A stretch of 27,717 bases of DNA from a virus. Lineage: Duplodnaviria; Caudoviricetes. Below the pieces are notes generated by a model. It did no database searches. It saw only the letters and a program-made list of their open reading frames with translations, and was not told where the DNA came from. How positions within the stretch are numbered: the first letter of the stretch is position 1; the number at the start of each line of letters is the position of its first letter. The stretch lies in the IMG/VR virus record IMGVR_UViG_3300046167_000610, positions 1 through 27,717 of that record; one strand, written 5' to 3'. The translations under genes and the position numbers were made by a program. Below are positions 8,279 to 18,865 of this stretch, in pieces.

Positions 8279-9142
8279 ATGCCTATAAACTTATTCAATA
8301 ATCCTTTAGCCTCAATTAAATTGGGAGCCAATGATATTTTAAAAGGATATATTGGTAACAGTCAGATATTTCCTAATGATGCGGAAATAACGGCAGCAGC
8401 ATTTACTAATGCTAATATAGCTAATACAGGAGGCAATACTCCTTATGTTGTATCTGGTGAGATAGGTGCTTCGTTTACTTTAACAGGTAGTACAGGAGCT
8501 ACAGCGCCTTCAGGAACACAAGTTATATCAACTAGTCCTACGACATATCAAATAGCTATAGCTGATCAATCTACAACATGTGGAGCTTTAGCAAGAAACT
8601 CTCAAGTTTTAATAACACCTCAAGGTAATACTACTTTAGCTAGCGGTTTAAGTAATACAGACACTATAACACAAGCTGCTGGACCTGCGTTAACTAATAA
8701 CACAGGTATAGCAATGACAGCTAGTATAACAGGTGTTGGACCAACGGTTACAGTTGGTGGTGTATTAAAATGGACTGCTGGAGCATACTTTGATGTTACA
8801 TTAAACTATACAGGGTATGGTAGTCAAGGCCAAACAGCTTTAGATTACATACAATTTACATGTGAAGATGATAGTGGTAATCATAATGTACTGACACCTA
8901 GTAATACAACAAGTCCTTATTATTATGTAACAGGTTCTGGTTTTTCAAGTAATGGTATTTTAAGATATGGAGGCGTTAATGGAGCTGCAGGCGGTAACCC
9001 TGCAACACAAACTTATAAGTTTAGATTAACTTTAAACGCTGGTCAAACAACTAGATATGTTTTAGTTAATATGGCTTATGGAAATGCTACGTGTATAAAT
9101 ACTACACCAGCACCACCATCTGCTTTACAAAAATTCCCTTGA
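8279..9142 (+). CDS. Putative receptor-binding/distal fibre protein
   Basis: 287 aa; N-terminal SIKLGANDILKGYIGNSQIFP motif follows the adaptor gene; T/G/A-rich. Confidence 0.65.
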   Translation: MPINLFNNPLASIKLGANDILKGYIGNSQIFPNDAEITAAAFTNANIANTGGNTPYVVSGEIGASFTLTGSTGATAPSGTQVISTSPTTYQIAIADQSTTCGALARNSQVLITPQGNTTLASGLSNTDTITQAAGPALTNNTGIAMTASITGVGPTVTVGGVLKWTAGAYFDVTLNYTGYGSQGQTALDYIQFTCEDDSGNHNVLTPSNTTSPYYYVTGSGFSSNGILRYGGVNGAAGGNPATQTYKFRLTLNAGQTTRYVLVNMAYGNATCINTTPAPPSALQKFP

Positions 9143-9151
9143 TAAAATAAT

Positions 9152-9849
9152 ATGGCAAGAATAAAATTATATCCCAATGATACCACCATTGAAGGTGGTG
9201 ATAAATTAGTTGGGACTGATATAAACGGTAATGCTACAAAAAACTACCAGATAGAAGAACTTGCTCAATATTTTGAACAAACAGGTAATGCACTTTTTCA
9301 ATATAACTTTGCTGGTACATATACTAGCGAGACTATTGATACTGGTGAATATAGATATCAAGTTGATCCTTCAGCACCAACTGTTTATGGTTGGGCTAAT
9401 ATAACTGGTATTGCTATAAGTAGATATAATAGAAATGGTGAGGATGTAACTCCTATGATACCTTTTTTAGTTAATCAGCTTATTAAAATTACTGATATAG
9501 GTACATCTGAAAGCTTAGGGTATGGTCTTTTTAAAGTTAAAAGTTCTACAACACTAAGTAATGGTGCTGCATACTTATTAACATTTACATTTAAAGGCGG
9601 CTTCTAGCACTGTTGGTAACAGTGTTATATCAATACAGCCCTTTTGGTGGTCAAGACTATGAATATGATGAGCATTTTCCAGTAGCAGCATCAACATGGG
9701 TAATAGAACATAATTTAGGTAGATTTCCAAGTGTAACTACAGTAGATTCAGCTGGTAGTGAAATTACTGGCGCTGTAACTTACGATAATGAAAACAAAAT
9801 AACAGTAGTATTCAATTCCGCAACAAGTGGTAATGCATATTTAAACTAA
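9152..9849 (+). CDS. Tail-associated structural protein, probably one gene split by indels near 9598 and 9636
   Basis: ORFs 9152..9607 and 9613..9849 are bridged by third-frame ASSTVGNSVISI (9600-9635). N-terminus is paralogous to the 3692 protein; C-terminus has a WVIEHNLGRFPSV...SGNAYLN domain. Confidence 0.6.
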
Positions 9850-9854
9850 ACAAA

Positions 9855-11219
9855 ATGGCAATAAATTTTTTAAACAATCTTGATCTAAACAAGAATCAGC
9901 TACAAAATGCTGTAATACAGGTTTTAGGCACAGCGCCTTCAAACCCTGTATCTGGCCAGATATATTATGACTCTTCAGATAATAATATATATTACTATAA
10001 TGGTACTGCGTGGACATCATTCTCTGGTGATATTACTGAGATTACAACAAGTACAGCAAATCAGTTAACTGTAACAAATGGCGCTGGCCCTATAGTACAA
10101 TTAGCTATAGTAACAGCTACAGTTGCAAACAACAGTACAGCACTTGCTACAGGTGATCAAATATATGACTTTGTAATAGGTACACCTATAAGTTCACTAT
10201 CAGCTGCAACTGCTAATGTAGACATGGGTAGTAATAAAATTATTAATGTTACTGATCCTTCAGCAGCACAAGATGCCGCAACAAAAGCATATGTAGATAA
10301 TGCTGTAGTAGGCGGTTTAACATATAAAGGTGGTTATGATGCTACAACAAACTCACCTGACCTAGATTCATCTACAAGTGCAGCTACATACACTATTACA
10401 GTTTCAAATGCTTCTGGCGCTAATAAATACTATGTAGATGGTATACAACAACAAACATTAACATTAATACCTGGAACTACATATACTATAAATCAAGATG
10501 ATGCTAGTAACGCATCACATCCTTTAATACTAAGTACATCAGCTGTTGCAGCTGGCAACTATAGCACAGGTGTTACGTATGAATTAGATGGATCTACAGT
10601 AACTTACACAAACTATATAAGTGGTTTTGCTGCAGCAACCCAAAGAAGACTTAGCATAACATTACAATCAGGTCATCCTAGCTTAAACTATATATGTTAC
10701 TACCATCAAAATATGGGTAATAATGTAAGTGCTGGTAATATAGCAATAGCTGTTGGAGATACTTATACTGTAACTGCAGATGGTTTATTCTTTACTGAAC
10801 AAGTAAGAGTAGGAGACTTTTTAATAGCAGAAACAGCTACAGCTGCGGGTGCGGGTAGTGCGCTAGCAAATTGGACTGTAGTACAAAGTAATATAGATGT
10901 AGCAACAGCAGCGGCAACATCAGGAGCAGCTGTAAAAGGTATATCAGGTTATGATTCTGCAGATTTTACAGTTGATACAGCTGGTTGGGTGCAACTTGCA
11001 AATAAAACATTTACAGCATCTATTGGTAATGGCTCAGCTACTTCATATACGGTTACACACAATTTAAATAGTTTTGATGTTATAGTACAACTTTATGATT
11101 TATCAACATATGATACAGTATATGCTGATGTTGTAAGAACTAGTGCTAATGTTGTTACAGTAAGCTTTACAACAGCACCAACTACAAATGATATAAGAGT
11201 ACTTATTCAAGAAATATAA
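9855..11219 (+). CDS. Tail fibre protein with inserted cupredoxin-like domain
   Basis: 454 aa; NKIINVTDPSAAQDAATKAYVD fibre motif, HPL...YICYYHQNMG segment, C-terminal VTHNLN domain. Confidence 0.75.
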   Translation: MAINFLNNLDLNKNQLQNAVIQVLGTAPSNPVSGQIYYDSSDNNIYYYNGTAWTSFSGDITEITTSTANQLTVTNGAGPIVQLAIVTATVANNSTALATGDQIYDFVIGTPISSLSAATANVDMGSNKIINVTDPSAAQDAATKAYVDNAVVGGLTYKGGYDATTNSPDLDSSTSAATYTITVSNASGANKYYVDGIQQQTLTLIPGTTYTINQDDASNASHPLILSTSAVAAGNYSTGVTYELDGSTVTYTNYISGFAAATQRRLSITLQSGHPSLNYICYYHQNMGNNVSAGNIAIAVGDTYTVTADGLFFTEQVRVGDFLIAETATAAGAGSALANWTVVQSNIDVATAAATSGAAVKGISGYDSADFTVDTAGWVQLANKTFTASIGNGSATSYTVTHNLNSFDVIVQLYDLSTYDTVYADVVRTSANVVTVSFTTAPTTNDIRVLIQEI

Positions 11220-11222
11220 TTT

Positions 11223-13727
11223 ATGGCTTCAAAGTTTAAAAGTTCAGTAGAAATTGATGGTTATCTATCAGTATCAAGCGGGAACTGGATACAAGTACCA
11301 GATGGTACTACTGCCCAGCGCCCAGGCTCGCCTACAGTTGGTATGTTTAGATACAACACTACTACAGCTGAATTTGAAGGTTACTTTGGCTCAACTCCAG
11401 CTTGGGGTGCAATAGGTGGTGGTGGTGGAACTGTAACTGAGGCATTTAAAACATTTGCAGTATCAGGACAATCAAGCATTGTAGCTGATGGCCCTACAGA
11501 CACTTTAACTGTAGCTGCTGGTAATAACATTAGTTTAACTACAGACGCCGCAACAGATACCCTTACAATTGCTTCTACAGGAGGAGGAGGTGGAACTGTA
11601 ACAATAGAAAGAAATAATTATACTGGCGATGGTTCAACAGTTGCGTATGGTGTTTCTTCTACAATATTATCTGAAAATAATATACAGATATATTTAGACG
11701 GTGTTTATCAAGATAAAGATGGTTTTAGTACCTCTGGTAGTACAGTAACATTTAGTGTGGCACCACCAACAGGAACTGCTATTGAAATAATGCATTATGT
11801 TGCAGTTGATGGTGTTATTGAAGTTGATGAATTTGTTGGTGACGGTACACAAACTGATTTTTCTACATCACTATCCATCATAAATGAAAATGCTACATCA
11901 GTATTTGTAAGTGGTGTTTATCAGTCTAAGTTAACATATCAAACTACAGGTAATGTAGTATCATTTACAACAGCACCACCAAATGGCGCTAATATAGAAA
12001 TAGTCCATGTAAAAGCTTTAGCTTTAAGTGGATTTAATAAGAATAACTTTACAGGTACAGGTTCTCAAACAGCATTTACTTTAAATACAACTGTTAACGA
12101 AGAGAATATGACCTTTGTGTTTTTAGAAGGTATATACCAAGATAAAAGCACGTATAGCATATCTGGATCAACACTTACTTTTGCAACAGCACCTCAAAGC
12201 GGTTATAATATAGAAGTGATGGTACTAGGTGCTATATCAGCATCGACTAATGCTTTATATACAGATACTTTTACAGGGGATGGATCAACAACTGATTATG
12301 CTCTTGGTATAACACCAGTAGATTTAAATGCTATTGAAGTATATTTAAATGGTTTATATCAAAACGTAAGCACTTTAACATTAACAGGTAATACAGTTAC
12401 ATTTGCTACAGCACCACCTAGTGGTGTTGTAATAGAGATTAGATCTGTGGGGTTTTTAAACTCAGGTGGTACATTAGCCCCTGCAACTTTAACAGGTGGC
12501 GTAGGTATTAATGTAACTACAAATTCTCCTAATAACTTCACAATAGCTAATACTTTAGGTGGTGGTGTTGATTGGGATACAAATATTAAAACAGCAACAT
12601 TTTCAGCTAACCCAGGTCGTGGTTATATAGTTAATACAACAGCTGGTGAAGTTACAATAAATTTACCAGCAGGTGTTCCAGGTAATATTGTTGCAGTGCA
12701 AGATTATGCAGGTACATTTGATACTAATAAACTAATTATAAGTTCAAATGGATCTGAAGCGATACAAGGTTCAACTACTATAGACGGTGAATGTACTACT
12801 GAAAATGCCACAGTATATTTATTATACCAAGATTCAACTCAAGGATGGACATCACAAGACGTTAGTTTAATTCCACAAACAATAAATGTTAGTTATTTAG
12901 TTATTGCAGGAGGTGGAGGCGGCGGAGGAATATATGGAGGCGGCGGTGGCGCTGGAGGATTAAGAAGTTCTGTAGATTCTTCTGGTGGCGGACAAGCGGC
13001 TGAAACAGAATTAACTTTAAATCCTGCAACAAATTATAATGTTACTATAGGAGCAGGTGGTGCGGGTGTTGTAAATTACACTACAGCAAATCCAGGGACT
13101 AATTCAATTTTTTCTACTATTACAGCTACAGGCGGTGGTGGTGGAGCACATTATACTGGCAATTCTGGAACTGGTAATACGGGTGGTTCTGGTAGCGGAG
13201 GCTCAATAGGGAATAATGTTGGCGGAGCTACTTTAGGAGGTGCTGCAGTTACAAGTCCAGTAATACAAGGTTATGCTGGAGGAGGTGGATATCACGGAAA
13301 CAGCGCTGCTTATACTTGTGGCGGTGGTGGCGGTGCGGGAGCTGTAGGACAAACACCAACTCAAGGAAGCTTTACTGGCGGCAACGGAGGAGTAGGTTTG
13401 GCTGTTTCTATTACAGGAGGATCAGTAACTTATGCCGGTGGTGGCGGTGGAATGGGACAAACTACAGGGGGCACCGGAGGTTCGGGGATTGGAGGAAATG
13501 GTGGTACAGGAGCAAGTCCAGCCGGAAGTTCAGGTAATCCAAACACAGGAAGCGGCGGTGGCGGTTCAGAATCTGGTCTTACTTCGGGTTCAGGCGGTTC
13601 AGGTGTTGTTATACTTCGTTATCCAAGTAGTTATACAATATCAGGATTATCAGGTACAACAACCACTGTAGGATCTGACAAAGTCACAACCTTTACATCA
13701 GGAACAGGAAACATACAATTTAACTAA
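11223..13727 (+). CDS. Multidomain tail fibre protein (four ~70-aa repeats plus Gly-rich C-terminal domain)
   Basis: 834 aa; VPDGTTAQRP...GMFRYNTT..EFEGY; 4x (F/Y)xG(D/T)G...GvYQ...F..AP..G..IE(I/V); VSYLVIAGGGGGG...GSGVVILRYP. Confidence 0.8.
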   Translation: MASKFKSSVEIDGYLSVSSGNWIQVPDGTTAQRPGSPTVGMFRYNTTTAEFEGYFGSTPAWGAIGGGGGTVTEAFKTFAVSGQSSIVADGPTDTLTVAAGNNISLTTDAATDTLTIASTGGGGGTVTIERNNYTGDGSTVAYGVSSTILSENNIQIYLDGVYQDKDGFSTSGSTVTFSVAPPTGTAIEIMHYVAVDGVIEVDEFVGDGTQTDFSTSLSIINENATSVFVSGVYQSKLTYQTTGNVVSFTTAPPNGANIEIVHVKALALSGFNKNNFTGTGSQTAFTLNTTVNEENMTFVFLEGIYQDKSTYSISGSTLTFATAPQSGYNIEVMVLGAISASTNALYTDTFTGDGSTTDYALGITPVDLNAIEVYLNGLYQNVSTLTLTGNTVTFATAPPSGVVIEIRSVGFLNSGGTLAPATLTGGVGINVTTNSPNNFTIANTLGGGVDWDTNIKTATFSANPGRGYIVNTTAGEVTINLPAGVPGNIVAVQDYAGTFDTNKLIISSNGSEAIQGSTTIDGECTTENATVYLLYQDSTQGWTSQDVSLIPQTINVSYLVIAGGGGGGGIYGGGGGAGGLRSSVDSSGGGQAAETELTLNPATNYNVTIGAGGAGVVNYTTANPGTNSIFSTITATGGGGGAHYTGNSGTGNTGGSGSGGSIGNNVGGATLGGAAVTSPVIQGYAGGGGYHGNSAAYTCGGGGGAGAVGQTPTQGSFTGGNGGVGLAVSITGGSVTYAGGGGGMGQTTGGTGGSGIGGNGGTGASPAGSSGNPNTGSGGGGSESGLTSGSGGSGVVILRYPSSYTISGLSGTTTTVGSDKVTTFTSGTGNIQFN
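11610..12450 (+). repeat. Four tandem ~70-aa intragenic repeats
   Basis: YTGDGS..YLDGVYQ..APPTGTAIEI; FVGDGT..VSGVYQ..APPNGANIEI; FTGTGS..LEGIYQ..APQSGYNIEV; FTGDGS..LNGLYQ..APPSGVVIEI. Boundaries approximate. Confidence 0.85.
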
Positions 13728-15244
13728 TGGCATTAACAAAATTAACAAAGAACTTAATAGACGGAACTTTTGGTACCGAATGGGTATCAACCATCCAGAC
13801 AAGTAATTTTACAGCTGAAGCTGCAAAAGGTTATTTTGTTAATACTACAGCTGGTACTATAACAATTAATTTACCTGCAGGTGTTGTAGGTACTGAAATA
13901 GTAATACAAGACTATGCTGGTACTTTTGCAACTAATAAGGTTTTGTTAAATCCTAATGGTTCTGAAAAAATTCAAGGAAATTCATCTTTACAAGGCCAAA
14001 TAACAACTAACAATGCTACTGCAACATTAGTATACCAAGATGCTACTAAAGGATGGACATCACAAGATGTAACTTTAGATACAATAGATATTTCTTGGGG
14101 AACACCAACAGGTCAAGGTTTAACATATACTGTACCTTCTCCTCAAAGTTCAAGCGGATATACTGGTAACGCTTTTCCTACAACAACATTTACAGCTACA
14201 ATATCAGGAACTACAATAAGCGGAACAGCTAATTTTGCTGGACTACCTTCTGGTATAACAGCAACTCAATCTTTAAACAATTCTAATCCAGGAAATGTGC
14301 TTACTGTAACACTTGGTGGAGTTTATCCATCTGCAGATTCATTAAACACTATAATAACTTTATCAGGATTAACATTGATAACGCCATTAGCAATTGAATA
14401 TTTAGTTGTTGGTGGAGGAGGTGGCGGTGGTCATGTAGGAGGCGGCGGTGCTGGCGGTTATAGAACAAATTACGGAGGAACTAAATTAACTCTTGCTGTA
14501 GCAACAAATTATGGTATTACTGTTGGCGCTGGCGGAAATGGGTCTACATCAACTGTAAGTCCTGCAAATGCTACATCAGGAAGTATTAGTGTGTTTTCAA
14601 ATATAACATCAGCTGGTGGTGGTTATGGAGGTGCTAATACAGCCGCTCATACTAATGGAATAGCTGCAGACGGTGGTTCTGGTGGTGGTGGCGGATGGGA
14701 CGGCGGAGCGGTAGCAGACGCAGGAGGTGATGGTAATACTCCTTCTACAAGTCCTTCACAAGGGAATAATGGTGGTTCTGGAGGTTATGCACATCCTTAT
14801 TACGCTGGAGGAGGCGGTGGTGGTGCTAATACTGTAGGTCAAGATAAGCAAGTATCAGGTGGTGCTACAGGTGGTGCAGGTGGTGATGGATTACAAAATA
14901 ATATAACAGGAAGCTCTGTCATTTATGCAGGTGGTGGTGGTGGACAAGCAATGCAATGGACAAGTGGTCCTTCTGGCCGCACAGGTGGTGCAGGTGGTGC
15001 AGGTGGTGGTGGACAAGGCGGTGGTTCTACAACTCCTACAAATGGAGGGATTAATTTAGGTGGTGGTGGTGGATCTCCAGGTTATTTAACAACAGGTATA
15101 GGAGCAGGCGGTTCTGGTATAGTTATACTTCGTTATCCATCTGGATACACTATATCTGGACTCTCTGGAACAACAACTACAGTAGGTTCTGATAGTGTAA
15201 CAACCTTTACAAATGTAGGAACAGGAAATATACAATTTAACTAA
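13727..15244 (+). CDS. Gly-rich tail fibre protein, paralogue of the C-terminal half of 11223..13727
   Basis: 505 aa; shares VNTTAG.(I/V)TINLPAGV...QDYAGTF.TNK...GWTSQDV and VILRYPS.YTISGLSGTTTTVGSD.VTTFT..GTGNIQFN. Confidence 0.8.
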   Translation: MALTKLTKNLIDGTFGTEWVSTIQTSNFTAEAAKGYFVNTTAGTITINLPAGVVGTEIVIQDYAGTFATNKVLLNPNGSEKIQGNSSLQGQITTNNATATLVYQDATKGWTSQDVTLDTIDISWGTPTGQGLTYTVPSPQSSSGYTGNAFPTTTFTATISGTTISGTANFAGLPSGITATQSLNNSNPGNVLTVTLGGVYPSADSLNTIITLSGLTLITPLAIEYLVVGGGGGGGHVGGGGAGGYRTNYGGTKLTLAVATNYGITVGAGGNGSTSTVSPANATSGSISVFSNITSAGGGYGGANTAAHTNGIAADGGSGGGGGWDGGAVADAGGDGNTPSTSPSQGNNGGSGGYAHPYYAGGGGGGANTVGQDKQVSGGATGGAGGDGLQNNITGSSVIYAGGGGGQAMQWTSGPSGRTGGAGGAGGGGQGGGSTTPTNGGINLGGGGGSPGYLTTGIGAGGSGIVILRYPSGYTISGLSGTTTTVGSDSVTTFTNVGTGNIQFN

Positions 15245-15248
15245 CAAT

Positions 15249-15620
15249 ATGGCACATTACGCATTTTTAGATATGGCTAACGTAGTAACCGAAGTAATAG
15301 TAGGTAGAGACGAAGGCGATACAAATACAAACTGGGAATTAGAATACCAAGATGTAAGAAAACAAGTTTGTAAAAGAACTTCTTATAATACACATGGTGG
15401 TGTACACTCAGGTGATGGTACTCCATATAGAAAAAATTATGCAGGTATAGGATATACTTATGACTATGCTCGCGACGCATTTATTCCACCTAAACCATAT
15501 GCTAGCTGGACGCTAGATGAAACATCATGTTTATGGCAAGCACCAGTTGAGTATCCAGACGATGGAGAAAGATATGTTTGGAATGAAGAAAATCAAGAGT
15601 GGGATTTAATAACAGAATAA
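15249..15620 (+). CDS. Conserved acidic protein following Gly-rich fibres, putative fibre assembly chaperone
   Basis: 123 aa; MAHYA.LD..NVVT.VIVG...KRTSYNT...RKNYAGIGYTYD..RDAFIPPKPY.SW.LDE; function inferred from position. Confidence 0.6.
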   Translation: MAHYAFLDMANVVTEVIVGRDEGDTNTNWELEYQDVRKQVCKRTSYNTHGGVHSGDGTPYRKNYAGIGYTYDYARDAFIPPKPYASWTLDETSCLWQAPVEYPDDGERYVWNEENQEWDLITE

Positions 15621-18412
15621 ATGGCTCAAACTAAACCTAAGGCAGCACAATTTTATGGCGTATCAGATAATGGTACAGATGGTCAGTTTTTAAAGACTGA
15701 TGGTACAGGTGGTATGTCTTGGGATAGCCCAATAACCAACCCTACACTAACATCTATTGATTATCCAGGTACAGCAACAGCAGCAGATCCTGCGGGTGGT
15801 GAAAGTGTTATTATTAATGGTACATTATTTGCTTCAGGAATAACTTGTACTGTGGGTGGTACATCAGCAGTTACAGCTTTTAATTCTGCTAATCAAATTA
15901 CAATTACTACACCAGCAAAAGCAGCTGGTCAATATACTATTGCTGTAACAAACCTAAATGGAGGTACTGCTTCACAAGCAAATTTTATACAATATAGCGG
16001 CGTACCCGTGTGGTCAACAGCTTCAGGTAGTTTAGGTAGTGTTCAAGAAGGAGCTTCTGCTTCTTTTCAAGTAACAGCTACTGAAGGCAGTGATACAATA
16101 GAATATGCAGTAACTACAGGTACTTTACCAACAGGTTTATCACTTAATACAAATACAGGAGCTATAACAGGTACAGCACCTTCTGTGTCAGCAGATACAA
16201 CAACAACATTTAGTATTACAGCTACAGATGATGAAAATCAAACTAGCTCTGAAAGATCTTTTAGTATAACTGTAACTAATGATAATCCTAGTAATCACTT
16301 TAATACTGTTTTATATACAGGTAATAATACTACAAACATAATAAATACAGTAGGTTTTGAGCCTGGATTAGTATGGGTAAAAACTAGGGATGATAACAAA
16401 AATCATGTTTTAGTAGATACTGTAAGGGGAATTAGCAGTGTGTTAGAGGCTGACACAACAGCTGCTGCTGTTACAGGATATACAGATTTTACAAGTTTTG
16501 ATCCAAACGGGTTTACTTTAGCAGCAACTAGTGCTGTTTATATGAATCCGGCTGGGATAAATATGGTTTCATGGAACTGGAAAGCTGGTGGTACACCTAC
16601 AGCAACTAATTCAGAAGCGGCAGGGGGCGTACCAACTAGTGGAAGTGTAATGATAAACGGAGTAGCTTCTACAGCAGCCTTAGCAGGTAATGTAGTAGCT
16701 AAAAAAATGTCAGTTAATACTTCTTTAGACTTTTCGATAGTAGATTTTACTAGTGTTGCGGGCTCAACTAATCAAGTACCACACGGACTTAGCGGTACTC
16801 CTGATTTATTTATATTTAAAAGAACTGATGCTGCTCAAGATTGGTATGTATATACAGAAGTAATAGATGGAAGTTTAGATTATTTAGTTCTTAACTCTAA
16901 TGCCGCAAAATCAGACTCAAGTGAAACAGCACCTACAGCTACTACGGTTTATCAACCAACAAGTACAGGTTCTAGAGATTATATACTTTATTCTTTTAAA
17001 TCAAAACCAGGTTTTAGCAAAGTAGGTTCTTACACTGGAAATGGTACAAGTCAAAACATATCTACTGGGTTTAAAGTTGGTTTTGTTCTTATAAAATCCG
17101 CAACATCTACACAAAATTGGATGGTGTATGATTCAACGAGAGGGTGGTAATAAATATTTAATAGCTGATTCATCAAGTGCAGAAGGAACGTCTGGATCAA
17201 ACTTAGTTAATTTTTATACAAACGGTTTTGGTGTTTTAAGTAGTAATAGTGAAAATCAAAGTGGTCAAACTTTTATTTATCTAGCTTTTGCAGCTGATCC
17301 TTCTACAACAACACCTAGCTTAGCTAATAGTTTTGATATACAACACTTTATGCTGGATCATGCTAGGACTCCATTCAATCTATAACTGGCACTAGGATTT
17401 GAACCTGACTTTATTCTGGGGTAAAAGCAAGAAACGCATACATGGTCAAATGGTCGTTTTAGCTCTGTAATGCCTTCATGGTGTTAACGGCGGTAGTTAA
17501 CAATAGTTTATTACCTTACGCAACTAGTGCGGATGTTGATCCTAGATCTCTGCGGAACTTCAACTTGGACCTTATAATGGTTGGACTTCTAAATGGCGGT
17601 ACAGTTGGACCGGTAGTTCTGCTCACTGTTTTTGGCGCAGGTGCTTATAATCATGTTGCATCGTGGTACTGGAAAGCAGGGGGATTAGCTTCTATAAACA
17701 CAGACGGATCTATTACAAGCGTAGTTTCAGCAAATCAAGCGGCTGGATTTAGTGTTGTGAAGGTATGACAGGCACGTGGCAGTAATGCAATCTATTGGAC
17801 ACGGTCTTGGCTGCTGCCCCTCAATTAGTTATTCAATAGAGCTTAAAGTGTATCAGGGCGGCAGGCTATTGGTTGGTCTTTATATGCTGCACCTATCAGG
17901 AATGGGTACAGGTAAATATTTAACTTTAAGATTAGTACTGCAAACAGTTGCAGATGTTTACTGCTAGTTTCTTTGTTCGTGCAGTTGGTAGCAGTACAAT
18001 AACAAGTTATTATACAAGTAGTTCTCAAAATCATATAGCATATTTTTTCACATCAATAGCAGGTTATAGTAAAGTGGGCTCTTATACTTGGACAGGAACT
18101 TCTTATACAGCAGGAACTTTAGTAACAGGACTTGGATTTACTCCTAGTTTTGTTATGATTAAAGGTACGGATGTCACTTCAAATTGGATGATATATGATA
18201 ATCAAAGAGTTTCAGGTACACAAAGTTACAGACTTGCTGCAAACTTAGCAGCCGCAGAAGACACGTCAGGTTATCAAGGAATAATATTGGATAGTAATGG
18301 CTTTAGTGCAGGTACAGGTGCAGATGGTAACGTAACAGGAAGTGATGGTTTAAATAAAAATGGTAGTACTTACATCTATTTAGCAATAGCATTAGCAATA
18401 AAAGAAAATTAA
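15621..18412 (+). CDS. Large tail/receptor-binding protein (IPT/TIG-like + Ig-like + two FNTVLYTG-type repeat domains), frameshifted in this sequence
   Basis: ORFs 15621..17150, 17128..17385, 17478..17768, 17776..17967 and 17948..18412 carry consecutive parts of two copies of the domain FNTVLYTG..GFEP..W.K...WxWKAGG...HGL...SKVGSY...W..YD..R...YLA. 17340-17990 is indel-rich. Confidence 0.65.
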
Positions 18413-18418
18413 TAAAAA

Positions 18419-18862
18419 ATGGCTTTAACAAAAGTAACAAGTAACGTATTAAATGACGACGCAGTCACAACATCAAAAATAGTTAATGCTAATGTAACTT
18501 CTAGTAAATTAGCTGCAGCTAGTGTTACTAGTACTAAAGTAGGTACTGAATTTACAACAGCTACTGCTTTAACACCAGCAGCTACAATTGATGTAAGCTA
18601 TACAGCAGCTCAGGTATTTACATTAACACCTAATGCTAATACTACACTTAATATAACTAATCCTGTATTCGGTGTAACTAAAGCTATAGTTGTAACCGGT
18701 GCAGGTGGTTCATATACATTAGGTTTTACAGTAGGCGGATCAGCAGGTACATTTAATAAAATATCTGGTGACTATAGTGATACTGCAGCTGCTAAAAATT
18801 TTATACAAATCACATGTGTAGGTGCCACTGAGTTTTGGTATACTATATCTCAAATAGCTTAA
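18419..18862 (+). CDS. Small tail fibre-associated protein
   Basis: 147 aa; MALTKV N-terminus (cf. MALTKL at 13727) and 10-aa repeats AVTTSKIVNA/NVTSSKLAAA/SVTSTKV. Confidence 0.65.
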   Translation: MALTKVTSNVLNDDAVTTSKIVNANVTSSKLAAASVTSTKVGTEFTTATALTPAATIDVSYTAAQVFTLTPNANTTLNITNPVFGVTKAIVVTGAGGSYTLGFTVGGSAGTFNKISGDYSDTAAAKNFIQITCVGATEFWYTISQIA

Positions 18863-18865
18863 AGT

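Noticed and set aside
9586-9640. Programmed -1 frameshift at TTTAAAG joining the 9152 and 9613 ORFs
   Set aside because: The heptamer is in the wrong phase (TTT AAA G) and the -1 frame has TAA at 9592-9594; two extra bases explain the join better.
13316-13671. Alternative-frame ORFs 13316..13537 and 13432..13671
   Set aside because: Shadows of GGN-rich poly-Gly coding, which removes stops and yields W/R or V/E/Q-rich translations; no independent signal.
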